A DNA stretch of 64,000 nucleotides, from positions 1 to 64,000 of the IMG/VR virus record IMGVR_UViG_3300006874_000013; one strand, 5' to 3'. This DNA is from a virus. Below, one piece after another: positions 29,901-39,900 of the stretch. The position numbers were made by a program, and so were the translations under genes. How positions within the stretch are numbered: position 1 is the first letter of the stretch; each line of letters opens with the position of its first letter. Below the pieces are notes generated by a model, which had not been told where the DNA came from, searched no databases, and saw only the letters and a list, made by a program, of their open reading frames with translations.

Positions 29901-32900
29901 ACTAAGTCACCAACTTCAATACCATCTACGTTATTAAGTACCAAAGAATGGTGTGTATCATCAGCGGTCGATGTGTTATTAAATACGTCCGCATAAGCCA
30001 CGTTTGCATCTAATATTTTTGTTAAGTCATTGCTAACAGGATAGTGTCCTATTTCAACATATGATTGCTGTCTCAGTGCTTTACCTGGTGCAAAGGCATT
30101 TGTAAAGGTACTGTTATTAGTTACAATTCTAGCTCTTTCCGCTTGTCTTACATGTGGTTCAACGTCTGGATCTACCCAAAAAACTCCTTGCAATGAAGCA
30201 AAGCCTCCTAAGCCTACATCAGCATTACCATAGCCTCTGTCTTCACGCTCGGAAGTTGTTGAACCATCTGGATTTCTTGTGGCATGCATGTCATACGTAT
30301 ATGATTGACCAATAGTAGCAGGTCTTCTTGCACGTACATATCTATCAAAAATTTCTGTGGTTCCTGTGGCGTTTCCGTTAACATCAAATTCTTGGACTTC
30401 TCTTGTGACTTTGAAAAGTTCATTTTCTACTACAGTGTATTGAGGTGTCCAAGCGTCATTGATTGTTTTATCTGCAGTACGTCTAGGTGAATAATCTACT
30501 ACAGTGACTTTTGGTGGATTATTATAATCATATCCAAAACCGCCATTCAATAATTCTATTGCCGCAATGCCGCCATTTTCATCTAATGATGTTACAACTG
30601 CCGCCGCACCTATACCAGAACCGTCTCCGGCTTCTCCGCTCGAATCTATAACAATTTGTATATAATTAGGGTCGCTATATCCTGCGCCGGCACTATCTAT
30701 ACAAATCATTGTGATAGGACCACGTGGGTCTTGTACTGGTGTTCCACCTACTAATCTTAATCTATCGCCTATCTGATATCCACTACCACCTGTGCTGTAC
30801 ACAGATACATTAGATTCTGTTTCTGTAACTTGTGGTAACCACACATTAGGTGCTTCTCCTTTTGAAAATCCCATTTCTCGAAGTTCTGCTTCAGATGGTA
30901 TGTATTCAACAAATCTTTCTAGATTTGGATCAGGGTCAAAGTCGTGATACTTTGCTTTGAGCTTTTCTGCAAGTGTTGCATTTTCAGGGTCATCTAATTC
31001 ATCAGGCGTGTGCCTTAGAGATAAAAATGGGCTTCTACCTTGATCTACTAATTGTGTTTTGAGATACGATTGCGGATATGGTTTTTGACTTGATTGTTGT
31101 CCTCTTTGTACAGGATATGTTCCACCAATAACATCATTGGCACTAAAAATTGTGGCATTAGCAGTTTTTGCAATACTTTTATGCGTGTCTGCTCTTTGCT
31201 CAAACCCTCTGTTAACATGAAAGTCACCAACTTGTTTGTATTTTCCTGCTCCACAGCCATTAGCAATATTAAATGGCATACCATCGCAACTTGACAAAAC
31301 AATTTCTTTATCGCCAGTACTGCCTGCTGATACTTCGGCTCTAATACCAGATCTCAAACAGTTAACTTGTGTTGCTATGTCTATTACACCGTTACCTCTG
31401 AAAATAACTTTACGCCCGTTTAGCAGTAACTCAGAACCTCTGTTTAATCCTGTCATATCTCCTTCAGGTATTACAACATTTGGGACTGGTGCTCTAAATT
31501 CAACTCTTGCTGGAGGGCCTGCAGGTTCCAAGAATCCGCCTGGTCCAAATTCCAGAGGAGTAATATCCATCATTTGTATATTATTATATTTTATATCATC
31601 AAATGGTTCTGCATATTCTAATGGTTCTGGAATGAACACATCATCCTCTTGTGTAGCAGAATATCCTGTACTTGCATTTCTTGGTTGAGATGTGTTTGGT
31701 ATTGTAGGAGTGTCATCAAACGGTACAGTAATGCTGTCATCGGTTGTTGGTCTACCTGATGTTACATTATTAACAGGTTGCCCATTTACATAATATTGTG
31801 AACCTACTTTTACAGGTTGATAAGATATTGTCCTGCTAGTTTTATTTAGATTTAATAAGTTTTGTAAATTTTTAGCCCATGGTTCTTGGTTAGCATCATA
31901 TGATTGAAGAGGTGTTGATTCTCTGGCTACTGTTGTTAACTTTTTAGCCAGAGGTATTACAAAACCTCCACTAACACGTTGCGTAGTTTGATTTACATAT
32001 CTATCAGTTGAGAGTTCTTGACTAAATCCTACTTGTTGTAAATCTGATAATTTAATTCTCTTTGGTGCTTTTGCAGTTGAAGGTATAAATTTATTACCAC
32101 TATAAGGCTTTGCATAATAAGGACTACTATTACCTGCTTTTACACTTCCTAATTCTTCAGCATTAAATGCCGCAAAATATTTTTCTTTCAACGAAGCATT
32201 ATCGTCTACAACACCTTCTTTATAAGTGTAATTGCTTAATGGAGTATCAAATCCCTTTTGTAGACTTACACATTGATTAATTATTTGTTGCTGATCATTG
32301 CCTGCCCAATATGCATTTAATGTCAAACAATGTGCTAATGCTTGTGAACACAAGATAGGTTTTCTGCCTTCGGCATCTGATGCGCCTACATACATAGAAC
32401 CCATAGGCGTACCTAAACATGATAACCCTATTCTTTCATCAGTTAAAGGAACGTCTATTTTATATGGAACCATTGCAGTATCAGGTATAGATACCTGAAG
32501 AGCTATATATTGCCTAGTTGCAGGTGCGTCTTCTGCCGTTGAACTTCCAGTGTTGTCGTAATTAGTGCCTACTGTGGCCCACGAGCCATCAAAGTTACTA
32601 CTGTCAGTAAAGTCAGCATAGATCCTTTCATAGTTTTCTGGTGGTCCTTTTAACGTTTCAAAATTGTTTTCAGTGACACCTCTATATGTTTTCCAGTTTG
32701 TAAATCTAGTTACAAAATTGTATTCAATGCCTTTTGAATTATAAATTAAGCCATAATGTCCTACACTGGGTTGACCAGAATTTTTTAGCATTGGTGTTCT
32801 GGAAATTGCTTTGCTCCAATCGTTGCCATTGAGTTTGTAGTGCCAAAATGCAAATGCTTTATGCTGTGCAGACTCGTGCCAAATCTTAATGTATTCAGCT

Positions 32901-33883
32901 CTCATGTATCTCCACAAATCACCATTTTGTTTCCAGTATTCGCTTGTCCATGGTATTACTGGAGGTAAACCTACACCTGCTTGAATCTTACCGCCTATAG
33001 AACCAAACGCATTCTGAGCACCAGGAATATATGCTGGGTTACCAATTTTTAAGTTTTCATATATCCATGCAGGGCTTAAATTTTCAGGATTTGCAAGTTT
33101 CATATCCTCAAACGTTTTTGTTTTGTCAAACATTGAACCAGTTACTAACCTTGCCAATTGTAATTCATAAAAAGCATAGTCTCTTTGAGATATGCCGTCT
33201 GGCATACCTGGCATCTGAGTATAAGGATCAGCATTTAATATTGTGTCTGCCCAACGATCTAAAAGTTGTACCTTTGTATCTCGATTCATTACAGTTTCAA
33301 AAAAGTTTGCTGACTTAAATTCTGTCTGTAAATACTCTGAATTATTTGCGTTATGATATCCTCTAAAAATTGCTTGCCTAAAGTTTAATGAACCCATATC
33401 TTTAAGGCGAGAATATTTGATAAAGTTTTTATACCATGCTTCTCTGCTATTACTTTGGCTTACATAAGTTCTATCATCATTGAATATTGGGATAGGAGTA
33501 AATGATCTTGTTGTTGGAAAATCAAATCCTACACTTCTAAAATTGTTAAAGAAATTTTGTGCTGGAACTTCACTCCATGGATTATGATCGGCTTCTTTGT
33601 ACTCTAGTGTCCACTCAAATAAACTTTTTCTGTAGCCAGTTGGGTCTGCAGATTCTTGTGCTACTGCAAAGTTAGAAGAATTCCACACTGTCCATAATCC
33701 TTCGAGTTCTTTGAAGTTGCTGGAAAAACTTGCTAATGATCTAGAAGTGTCTAAATCTTTACCGTTCAACTTTTGCCAATCATGAAAAAGTAGCTCGAAG
33801 CCTGGCCAAGAATATGGGCTGAGATTTCCTACTTGTGAATCAATCTCTATAGAATCAGTTGTGGTATAATTTTCAACAGCCAA
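23969..33883 (-). CDS. Giant baseplate wedge-type structural protein (3304 aa)
   Basis: TTG start with GAGG SD; GSGY/GAGY beta repeats; C-terminal blocks WDPFKG, VGKVWWD, NWGRAFPGS, EWVES, YYYWV and KPFSSKIREY; lies in the baseplate module. Confidence 0.65.
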   Translation of the reverse strand: MAVENYTTTDSIEIDSQVGNLSPYSWPGFELLFHDWQKLNGKDLDTSRSLASFSSNFKELEGLWTVWNSSNFAVAQESADPTGYRKSLFEWTLEYKEADHNPWSEVPAQNFFNNFRSVGFDFPTTRSFTPIPIFNDDRTYVSQSNSREAWYKNFIKYSRLKDMGSLNFRQAIFRGYHNANNSEYLQTEFKSANFFETVMNRDTKVQLLDRWADTILNADPYTQMPGMPDGISQRDYAFYELQLARLVTGSMFDKTKTFEDMKLANPENLSPAWIYENLKIGNPAYIPGAQNAFGSIGGKIQAGVGLPPVIPWTSEYWKQNGDLWRYMRAEYIKIWHESAQHKAFAFWHYKLNGNDWSKAISRTPMLKNSGQPSVGHYGLIYNSKGIEYNFVTRFTNWKTYRGVTENNFETLKGPPENYERIYADFTDSSNFDGSWATVGTNYDNTGSSTAEDAPATRQYIALQVSIPDTAMVPYKIDVPLTDERIGLSCLGTPMGSMYVGASDAEGRKPILCSQALAHCLTLNAYWAGNDQQQIINQCVSLQKGFDTPLSNYTYKEGVVDDNASLKEKYFAAFNAEELGSVKAGNSSPYYAKPYSGNKFIPSTAKAPKRIKLSDLQQVGFSQELSTDRYVNQTTQRVSGGFVIPLAKKLTTVARESTPLQSYDANQEPWAKNLQNLLNLNKTSRTISYQPVKVGSQYYVNGQPVNNVTSGRPTTDDSITVPFDDTPTIPNTSQPRNASTGYSATQEDDVFIPEPLEYAEPFDDIKYNNIQMMDITPLEFGPGGFLEPAGPPARVEFRAPVPNVVIPEGDMTGLNRGSELLLNGRKVIFRGNGVIDIATQVNCLRSGIRAEVSAGSTGDKEIVLSSCDGMPFNIANGCGAGKYKQVGDFHVNRGFEQRADTHKSIAKTANATIFSANDVIGGTYPVQRGQQSSQKPYPQSYLKTQLVDQGRSPFLSLRHTPDELDDPENATLAEKLKAKYHDFDPDPNLERFVEYIPSEAELREMGFSKGEAPNVWLPQVTETESNVSVYSTGGSGYQIGDRLRLVGGTPVQDPRGPITMICIDSAGAGYSDPNYIQIVIDSSGEAGDGSGIGAAAVVTSLDENGGIAAIELLNGGFGYDYNNPPKVTVVDYSPRRTADKTINDAWTPQYTVVENELFKVTREVQEFDVNGNATGTTEIFDRYVRARRPATIGQSYTYDMHATRNPDGSTTSEREDRGYGNADVGLGGFASLQGVFWVDPDVEPHVRQAERARIVTNNSTFTNAFAPGKALRQQSYVEIGHYPVSNDLTKILDANVAYADVFNNTSTADDTHHSLVLNNVDGIEVGDLVVNVTYDADEDRGNIDLANTTRWHGYVNSIDENTNTVVIATDDNHWGKQAYDSTFTYSDPGDQSLDYKAGDTITFGHKRFTLFWVPKTLQEEPLDSPPYINAAEMIPGRTYGIRTVGNVTYTDHGADNNTIGTRFVATSAPAAGATGTVYDDNYGVDLVIRNNHDNSGAFGWSPWFFEIQHQSFVSAEAVNAIFPRHTKISIEARSTWITDYNVPAEFSESGDWWIETVNPNMQKVPAQVSALIGIDPASLGTERSGVADLLSPNAEMSADAKGMEGPLRVAKFIVTGIDGSGGITSLKCIDRGLYEIFPSDLTYGIPLEYDYEPIGFSGKLQNTEPFLENFFSSKAKVLGMGDPSRNNIFYSDIEDSYNIIQGFSVDIDQEIVEAGGKTGVDVHPEYAQVPFEKSGSLSDYGTNYKHPDWTRYPEFIYTGYPFDTNASDDKPLRWIKYNGSPGAYDPSTFVLVDIAPMLTGNWPVAPTTAKDWERFAEEAYNLGLLLRKEYAIDFDPTSTYIDANGVEQSNFGQYLRDKKVPGGTGARVFLTSQNVANCNEKGTIKEQLNLPDVVQEINAPADIARRMRDAFSGVGYDPEDLTATVDDNRDIVPLIIKTSYPGIRITSPTGDPQPPIEIPLGDYNVASYCIEGTIDVGGLTQDAATDLYKRKVQELIDSGQLGVLEAEQIRALVGPDRNVAEDAVVMTMLCVDTVGRPPVSSADNPLAGNPINFQRYPLNDNNSLFGDGDAESWMEVYEYDLQTLQGGNVFLTGSANQVTPIQVFESKRFNDNNVVTANDNLDEERNPYVGEPKAWVDNFITTEFDISIDSMPGFIEGGWAYLEYGNPIRWQTELVDVDYIQNAIIYDPETGNKEFDLNLWDPFKGVLPGFMDNEIHYITDTDPVNYNTARTTFGKDQVGKVWWDTSTVKYTWYEQGPLEERAKNWGRAFPGSSITVCEWVESKSLPQNWIGDGVPRWTNQYVTERRLDTNGEYKQMYYYWVMNRTKVDNRTKRDLGRKIDTRTLARYIANPIGYGIKLLTAISNDTLVLSNVDNNIDQEVNLQVNINNSKNNEGINHTAWKLLRENDSDNKIPDFLIEKLIDSICGQDILGNQVPADNLSEIEKYGIAVRPRQTMFADIKQARRLLVSKLNEILADTKLNTEYKNWNIGLSTNLNYVSTVNYYETIRVDELTNKKIRYDDSYKPTYKVASIEEMDRLTDLPDATVIQVQYKNNKETKLFLWNAPLSKFDLVSIKDETIEFSDRVFSDEPNTGLALELREVLTALINNVFKTNGSINEIFFELMKYAYLEQGELSWAFKTSYVYIEKEESDLIKFSGFKPDNFEKVLDYMNEVKPFSSKIREYKDGKKTPIDYIGQNALTDFDKPPYVDASTNSVRILDDFSRDDSEIMRQHKRYVDYYKQRLQDMSTNPIRKVKSTLVFDRTNWRLTTADWDKSNVTLAQSIGENIANLNLLSNASISDRTSTLVSANATIRATDRIFKYDQEVKSMFASEVNAYFNTSNASSNSNIIGNATLMTNMVEDNRLKGTFALIKEKVGGNFRGEELDGYNFTTIPDDIYYTTEKITEFGYSSLPYDDNTDKDTSVIVDNDYGTTTVGIGDLTWDRIVELKEYEGVFSGNATIRRDGNIKEGFDGITFQRVGYGEERPEELALLDPLESLIITVTTSAHANGNVQHAKVTPSAKEVTYRVHNNLFGGTDYVRIRPKTTTYITANVQINSRQIKVNNGSFLPEPTSTTPGMIWLGSERIHYGRKSGNTLSMLTRGVFGTSIEKHVTNTPVYSAQVLDHFNNLNPESNVWLDLGIIYDDIRAKWDEIEAGLDGQLGTGDDIYDAWDAIESGNITTTTVDAVVNSANSTVANVTLQSSMTLVVGEAVRLTHQSNANIYEVVSITAINGNDIEIVASYTDTLDTNLFVANATIDFKSFDYGDQSADEKWDAAEVLSNISLSLADRANVDFNNQYSIMKFLHNL

Positions 33884-33901
33884 TTTATTTCCTCTTTCCT
33901 A

Positions 33902-33931
33902 TATTTATCACATCAATAAACTAGGGTTTTA
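33902..33931 (-). promoter_or_regulatory. Late promoter GATAAATA with upstream AACCCTAGTTTAT element
   Basis: Minus strand TAAAACCCTAGTTTATTGATGTGATAAATA, spanning the stop of the 5038-aa ORF and the 45-bp gap between the two giant ORFs. Confidence 0.6.
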
Positions 33932-36900
33932 TCTCTTCTGCTTTTCATTACCATCTTCTAATGTCGCAGAGTTGTGTACACACATATCTTCAACAAAGTA
34001 GTTATGGTATTCACCAACATCACACAAGTGATAAACAGTATCAGTTTTGCCAGTGTTAACAATATTTGTTACAACTGCATTATCAACAAGTCCATGTAGT
34101 TCTCTGCCAATTTCTAATTTCTCTGCTTGTTCAGTTGAATCTAGTCCTGTTACATACTGCATGTCTTCTTGTACAAAGTTAGGATCTATATTAGCCCACT
34201 TACCGTCAGCAGTTCTAAATGGATGGTCTGCTGTGGTTTCAATAACAGTGCCATCGTCTAAAGTTAGTTCGTATATGTTACATGTTCTTGGAACCATTAA
34301 TTCTTCGACAGTAGCATTTACAATTTCATTTGTATTGTTATCATATGATTTAACTGCATCACCTTTTACAACATCTTTAATTTCTTTTTGTGTACCATCA
34401 GCCATAGTAACTTTCATGTGTCCCGTGAAACAGCCGCCGCCACCACCTGAATTCTGTCCTGGCGGAGTACCATCTGATGGTGGTGCATCATCCTCGCAAC
34501 TGAATCCTCCAAATATTGGATAACCTGAGATATTTCCTCCTTGAGCTCTGTTACATGTCCACATTAATCCGTAATGCCCTGGTCCACCTCTGTTACTAAA
34601 CATTAATCTAATAAAATAGAATTTGTTTGCTTCTAGATACACTGCTTTTCTGTGTTGCGACCACTGGTTCCACCAATTTGCCTTTGTTTCATCTGTGGTA
34701 GTCCATCCAGTTTTCATCAACCAGTTATGTGCAGGACCATTAGCAACATTTTCTTTGCTACTTTCTAATCTGTCGGTCCAGCATCCGTTGTGTGCAACAT
34801 TTGCTGTGCTGATATAATTATACCCATTATCAGCATTAAATCCATCATCAGTGAACCATTCTTTGAAAGTCCCTGGTGCGGCATCACCGCCGCTTGGTGA
34901 TGGTCCAGAGCCATCATCTGGCACACCAATTCGGGCATAATTTTTGAAACCGCCGCTAATGTAATTTGGGTATGCGTTCCATATGTCTAAATCTGGTTCA
35001 GGCGGGCCACTTGACAAGTAGACAATCAATTGGTCATCACCCCAACCACTAAAGTAATATACGCCTGTGTGTGGAGCAAACATATATCCTTTTAGTTCAT
35101 ATGAATGCTGACCTTGTCCTGAATTATATTTGTGGAAGGATTTTACAGTTCTATTTACTATTGGTGCAGACCCTGCTGTACGTGTTCGCCATGGCTTCCA
35201 AATGTTAGAGTTTGAGAAACTTTTGAAATACGAAGGAGAAATATACAAGTCATGGTACGGCCAATATACGTTGTCAACTTCACGTTTAGAACCCCACCAA
35301 TCTTCTCCGTGTTTTGCATCTTGTGCAGAGTTGTTATCATCTCTGAGGGCTTTCCAGCCTTTTAATACAGCACCATTTCTATATGCTCTACTTGGTCTAT
35401 TAGTATCATCACAAGAAGGTCCTGGTGGCACATAGTCATCTGGCTTTTCGCCTACAAATCTTATCACCGCTTGGTTTCTTATTATTGAAGGTCCGTCTGC
35501 TGTATCGTCAGCCGCTTCAAAATAATTATATGCATGACTGTAGTCATTAGCATACGAGCCGTTAACATCTCTAAGTGTGTTACCTGCTGTATCTGAAAGT
35601 GAAGGTACCATCCATAATGTGATGTATTTGCCTTTATTACAATCTACATTTAATGCTCTAATATAGCCAATGCCATTGAAACCAAACTCATTGTTTTCGT
35701 TAAAGCCTTTGCCTGTCATCTCAGTGGCAAGATCACTATCCCAATCTGACCATTTAACAGAGATATCATCGTCGTTGAGTTCTGATATTAATCTTGTGAA
35801 TGTTAAATCATTATAGAGTCTTGTTTCGTTGTTTGAAATATTCTCTACATTATCATACGTGTGTAGGCCTTTGTCATTGGTATCAAATATAGCATCAACT
35901 TGTGTATATCTATTAGCACCAGATGTTAAATTTTGATCTACACCATATCTAGATATTTGATCACCATTTCTGGTTGGAATATCATTTGCATTGTTCATTG
36001 TGGTTTTAAGCAGTCGTGTGTCCGGGTCTGCTAACCAAGCACCTAGATCAAGATGATTGGTCATAACTTTGCTGGATCCAAACAACGGCTGTTTACTTTG
36101 CCATAAAACATAACCAGTTGCATTACCCCAAGGTTTTGCTTTTATGGTGTCGTTTTCAACATGAGAATTTAGGAATACATCTATACTGCCTGATGTTGCT
36201 ATTTCAACTGTTTTGCTAAAGAAGAATTGCATGTCACCACCGAATCCATATTGATTACTATCAAAAAATGCTTGACAATTTGTTAATGTATTAAGCATTA
36301 GTTGTGTAGTAAATGATCTCCCGGCATCGGTTGTATTAACTGAGCCAGTTGGATTACTTTTTCCTTCGAGGCCGTCATTCATTTCCTCAAAGAAATACTG
36401 TGTTTCTTTTTCTGTACACACACCTGGTGCAGTTGTGCCAGGAGGCGTAGGATCATCTGGCGTTTCTATTGCTAAACAAGGACCAGGTGCCTGGGTAATT
36501 TTTGCCAGTGTGTTTACAGGTGCGCCACCCTCTACTGTGGGTACAGATTGGAAGCCTAATTGTTGTTCTAATTCGCCACTGCTGAGTAATCTTGTATTAC
36601 TCAAACTGTAATTTTGTGTACTTCCTGCAACTGGTATAGGTGTTGCACTTCTAGTCAATGCTGGAAGATCTACAACTAAGGTATCGTCATCACCAGTACT
36701 AGCACTGCCAGTTTCTACAGGATCAAATTGATCTATATAACTATCAACATCATCTGGTGTGAGTATTGCTCCTGATTGGTTAATAGCATAATCAACTGTT
36801 ACATTATTCCAGCCTTTTCCAGCCCAACCTGTGTCAGGTATCAATCTTCTTGTGATTGCATTTGGTGGTAATTCTGTAAGCCTGATATATTTTACACGTA

Positions 36901-39900
36901 CAACTGTGCCGTCGTAATCACTGTAAATAGGTGCTGGATTGCCGTCTGCATCAAGTTGATCATAGTTATAACCTGTTATCTGATCAACGTATGTGAATGG
37001 CTCTGTCCAAAAACATGCAACAAATATATGTTCTGGGCGTAGTAATGTGTTGTCCTCGTCGTTGTCATTTTCATTTGCAACGCCGTCACTGACCACTTCA
37101 TCAATTTCTAAATAGTCCCACCACTCTTCATCAAAGAAGAAGTTGTAATCAATTTCTCTATCAACGCCATTGATATCTTCGAATATGCCATCCCAAAATG
37201 CTTGATTAGAGTCACCTTCTCTTGATCTGCTGTCTGGTTGCAATCCAGTAAGATCTTCTTCTGTATATCTAACACCATTAATTTCGTATAAACGTCTGTC
37301 AACGTTAAATACAGGAGGATTTACAGTAAATCTTCTACTGTATTTGAATCTAGAAATAGGCTTGTCATATGTAAGGTCACTTACATCGGGATAGTCTAAT
37401 GCATCATGGTCGTCACCTGCTTGATAATATCCACTACCGTAACCTAGTGTTTCATTATCTACTGATCCAGGGCCGCCTGATGTAGGTGCCCATTGACCTG
37501 GTGCTAGACCTGGTGTCCATAGAAGGAATTGGCCAAAGCCTGTTTGTGGAACATATATTTCTTCTCCTTCGGCACCACCTGGTAATATACCTCCTGGCTC
37601 TCCAATTGGATAATCTATATACGTAGATAGTTTGGCCTGTGTTCCACTTGGTAATGCTGTAAAGTTTGCTATTCGATCTGAATTATTTCCACCTGCTAAC
37701 GCAAAAGGTTCTGGAATCAATTGAGGGCCTACATAAGCGGCCGGTTCAACTGCTTTTAAGTTTACAATGTTTTTGGTTTTTCTCAATCTAATAGGATCTT
37801 TTGGTTCTGTAATCTTATTATCAGAATCAATTGAAGGTAATATCTCATTTCTCCAATAGTAATCTGTTGTGTCATATTGACCAAAATCGGCATACCTATT
37901 GAGAGTAGCATTAAAATCATGATCTATGTTAGGTGGATTACTCTCATCCAACTTAATATAATAAACATGATTATCTGAATTTTGTACTGCTTGGTAAATC
38001 AAAAATACATTTTCATTTTTAATTGCACGTAACCTGTATGTAGGAATACTAATAGAATCTGAACCTGCAGTAAACGTCTTTTTATCAAGCATGTTGTATG
38101 TTTGTTGTTTTCTACCAGGCCTCCAAGATCTACTTGAGTTTGCACTACCAGGAATTTGTTTTAGAACTAAATCCTCATTTATATAATCTAGGTTATTAGT
38201 TTGCATGTAGGTACCAACATGAAACTCCGGCATTGGAGGAATTCTTGGTTCTTGTTTGTCATTTACAATTACACCATCTTTCACAATAGTTTCTTCGGGC
38301 ACATACATTTGTATTTCGTTATCCCAAATATAATTGATATCATCTTTAACATATCTCAATCCGTACACAGGACCTGATTGTATTGGGCCTTTATAAAAAT
38401 TAGGATCTATTCTGGATTCATCCTCTGAACCAATTACCATTGAACCAGTAACAGAATTTTCTTGAATGCTATTTAATGCTTCAGTGCTTAAAACATAAGG
38501 CCCGTAATCATGAATTAACGGTGCAGGTGTATCTCCTACAACAGGTATCCACGGACTTTTCAACATTGGAATTTTAAGTTGCATAGATGGTAATCCTGTT
38601 TTTGGATTAACTGTTGTCATGCTAGTTGGATCTGTGAAACTTTGTTTTAATTTAATAGTTCTGTTTAGGTCGTTTTCCAATGCCTGTGGATTCAAATAAC
38701 TAGTTAAATGTTGTTGACTGCCTTTAAGTGTAACAACACCCTGGTCCACAGTACTTAATTGTGGATATAAAATATTTCTACCCATGTCTCTTTGTACATC
38801 AACATCAATACTAATTTGTGTATCACTTGGTAATGCATCTGGGTGTATTACACAAACACTTCCGTCCTCTACAATGCTTACAAATCTTGGATTAACAATT
38901 TCAGCATTGCTTGAATACTTAACAACTGTTTCTGTTAAATCTGTGCTTCTGGTTAATCCTATACTGTTAGTTGAGTTTGCAAAATCAGCATTTATGTTAC
39001 CAGATTCATATGGCACACTGCCATTGATTGTTCCTATTTTGTGATCATAGTAAATCTGTGTTGTAGTTGACTTAGCCCAACGATTATTAATGTATAATTC
39101 TTTTGGTGTAACTTTATTAATGCTGTAAATTTGATTGTATGCTTTTGGACTAGCAAAGTGTACAGCAATGCGTTTTCCATATTCAGCATATAGAGGCGAT
39201 ATACCATGATCACTTACTGTTTTAATTTTGATTCCTTCAGTGGTAATGGTACCTGACTGGTATCCAAATGTAAACGGAGAAGGAATTGTAATATTGCCAT
39301 TTTCAGAACTTTTAACTCTAAACATACCTTCAAAGTTATTTGCAAATACTCTCACAATATCATTATCGCTTAGTGGAAGATCTGGATTGCGTGTAACTAA
39401 TTTTGTATTGTTTAAGTGTCTAACACTTAAGGCATTACCAGCAACACTATTAGGTCTTGTAATGGTAAAACTTCTTTGTGTGACATTGCTAACAATGTGA
39501 TATCTACCTGTATCACTAGAATAATCTTTATATGATTTTATAACAAATGCTAAATTGTTAATGTTACTTACAACATTAGCATCTTCGAGCAAAGGCTCAT
39601 TTATATGGAGCAATGCATTTGTAGGATTTTGTGAATAGCCAATCAGTTTATGAGTTTTTGTAAACAGTGATTGAATTTTAGCAATAGTTGCTGTGTTTGC
39701 ATCTGATGGTAAACCAAATTGTGTGTCTACATTGATGCTACCAGTAACCGTTATACTGGTATTTGCAAAACTACCACTAGAGTCATCAAGAATATTTTGA
39801 TCAATTTCAGCATTTCCAAAATTCATATTAGGTGTTGCTGTTGCTGAACCACTGATACTGATTGTTGGTGTGCTAGTAAAGCCTACACCGCCATTCACAA

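Noticed and set aside
33884-33928. Possible stop-codon readthrough fusing the 5038-aa and 3304-aa ORFs (the gap is 45 nt, in frame)
   Set aside because: The gap reads AAC CCT AGT TTA TTG ATG TGA TAA ATA TAG..., with three more in-frame stops of all types, and it contains its own promoter and SD.
33971-34432. Hint domain as a mobile homing-endonuclease intein
   Set aside because: It is only 154 aa with no LAGLIDADG or HNH insert, so it cannot home by itself. Kept as a Hint/mini-intein finding.
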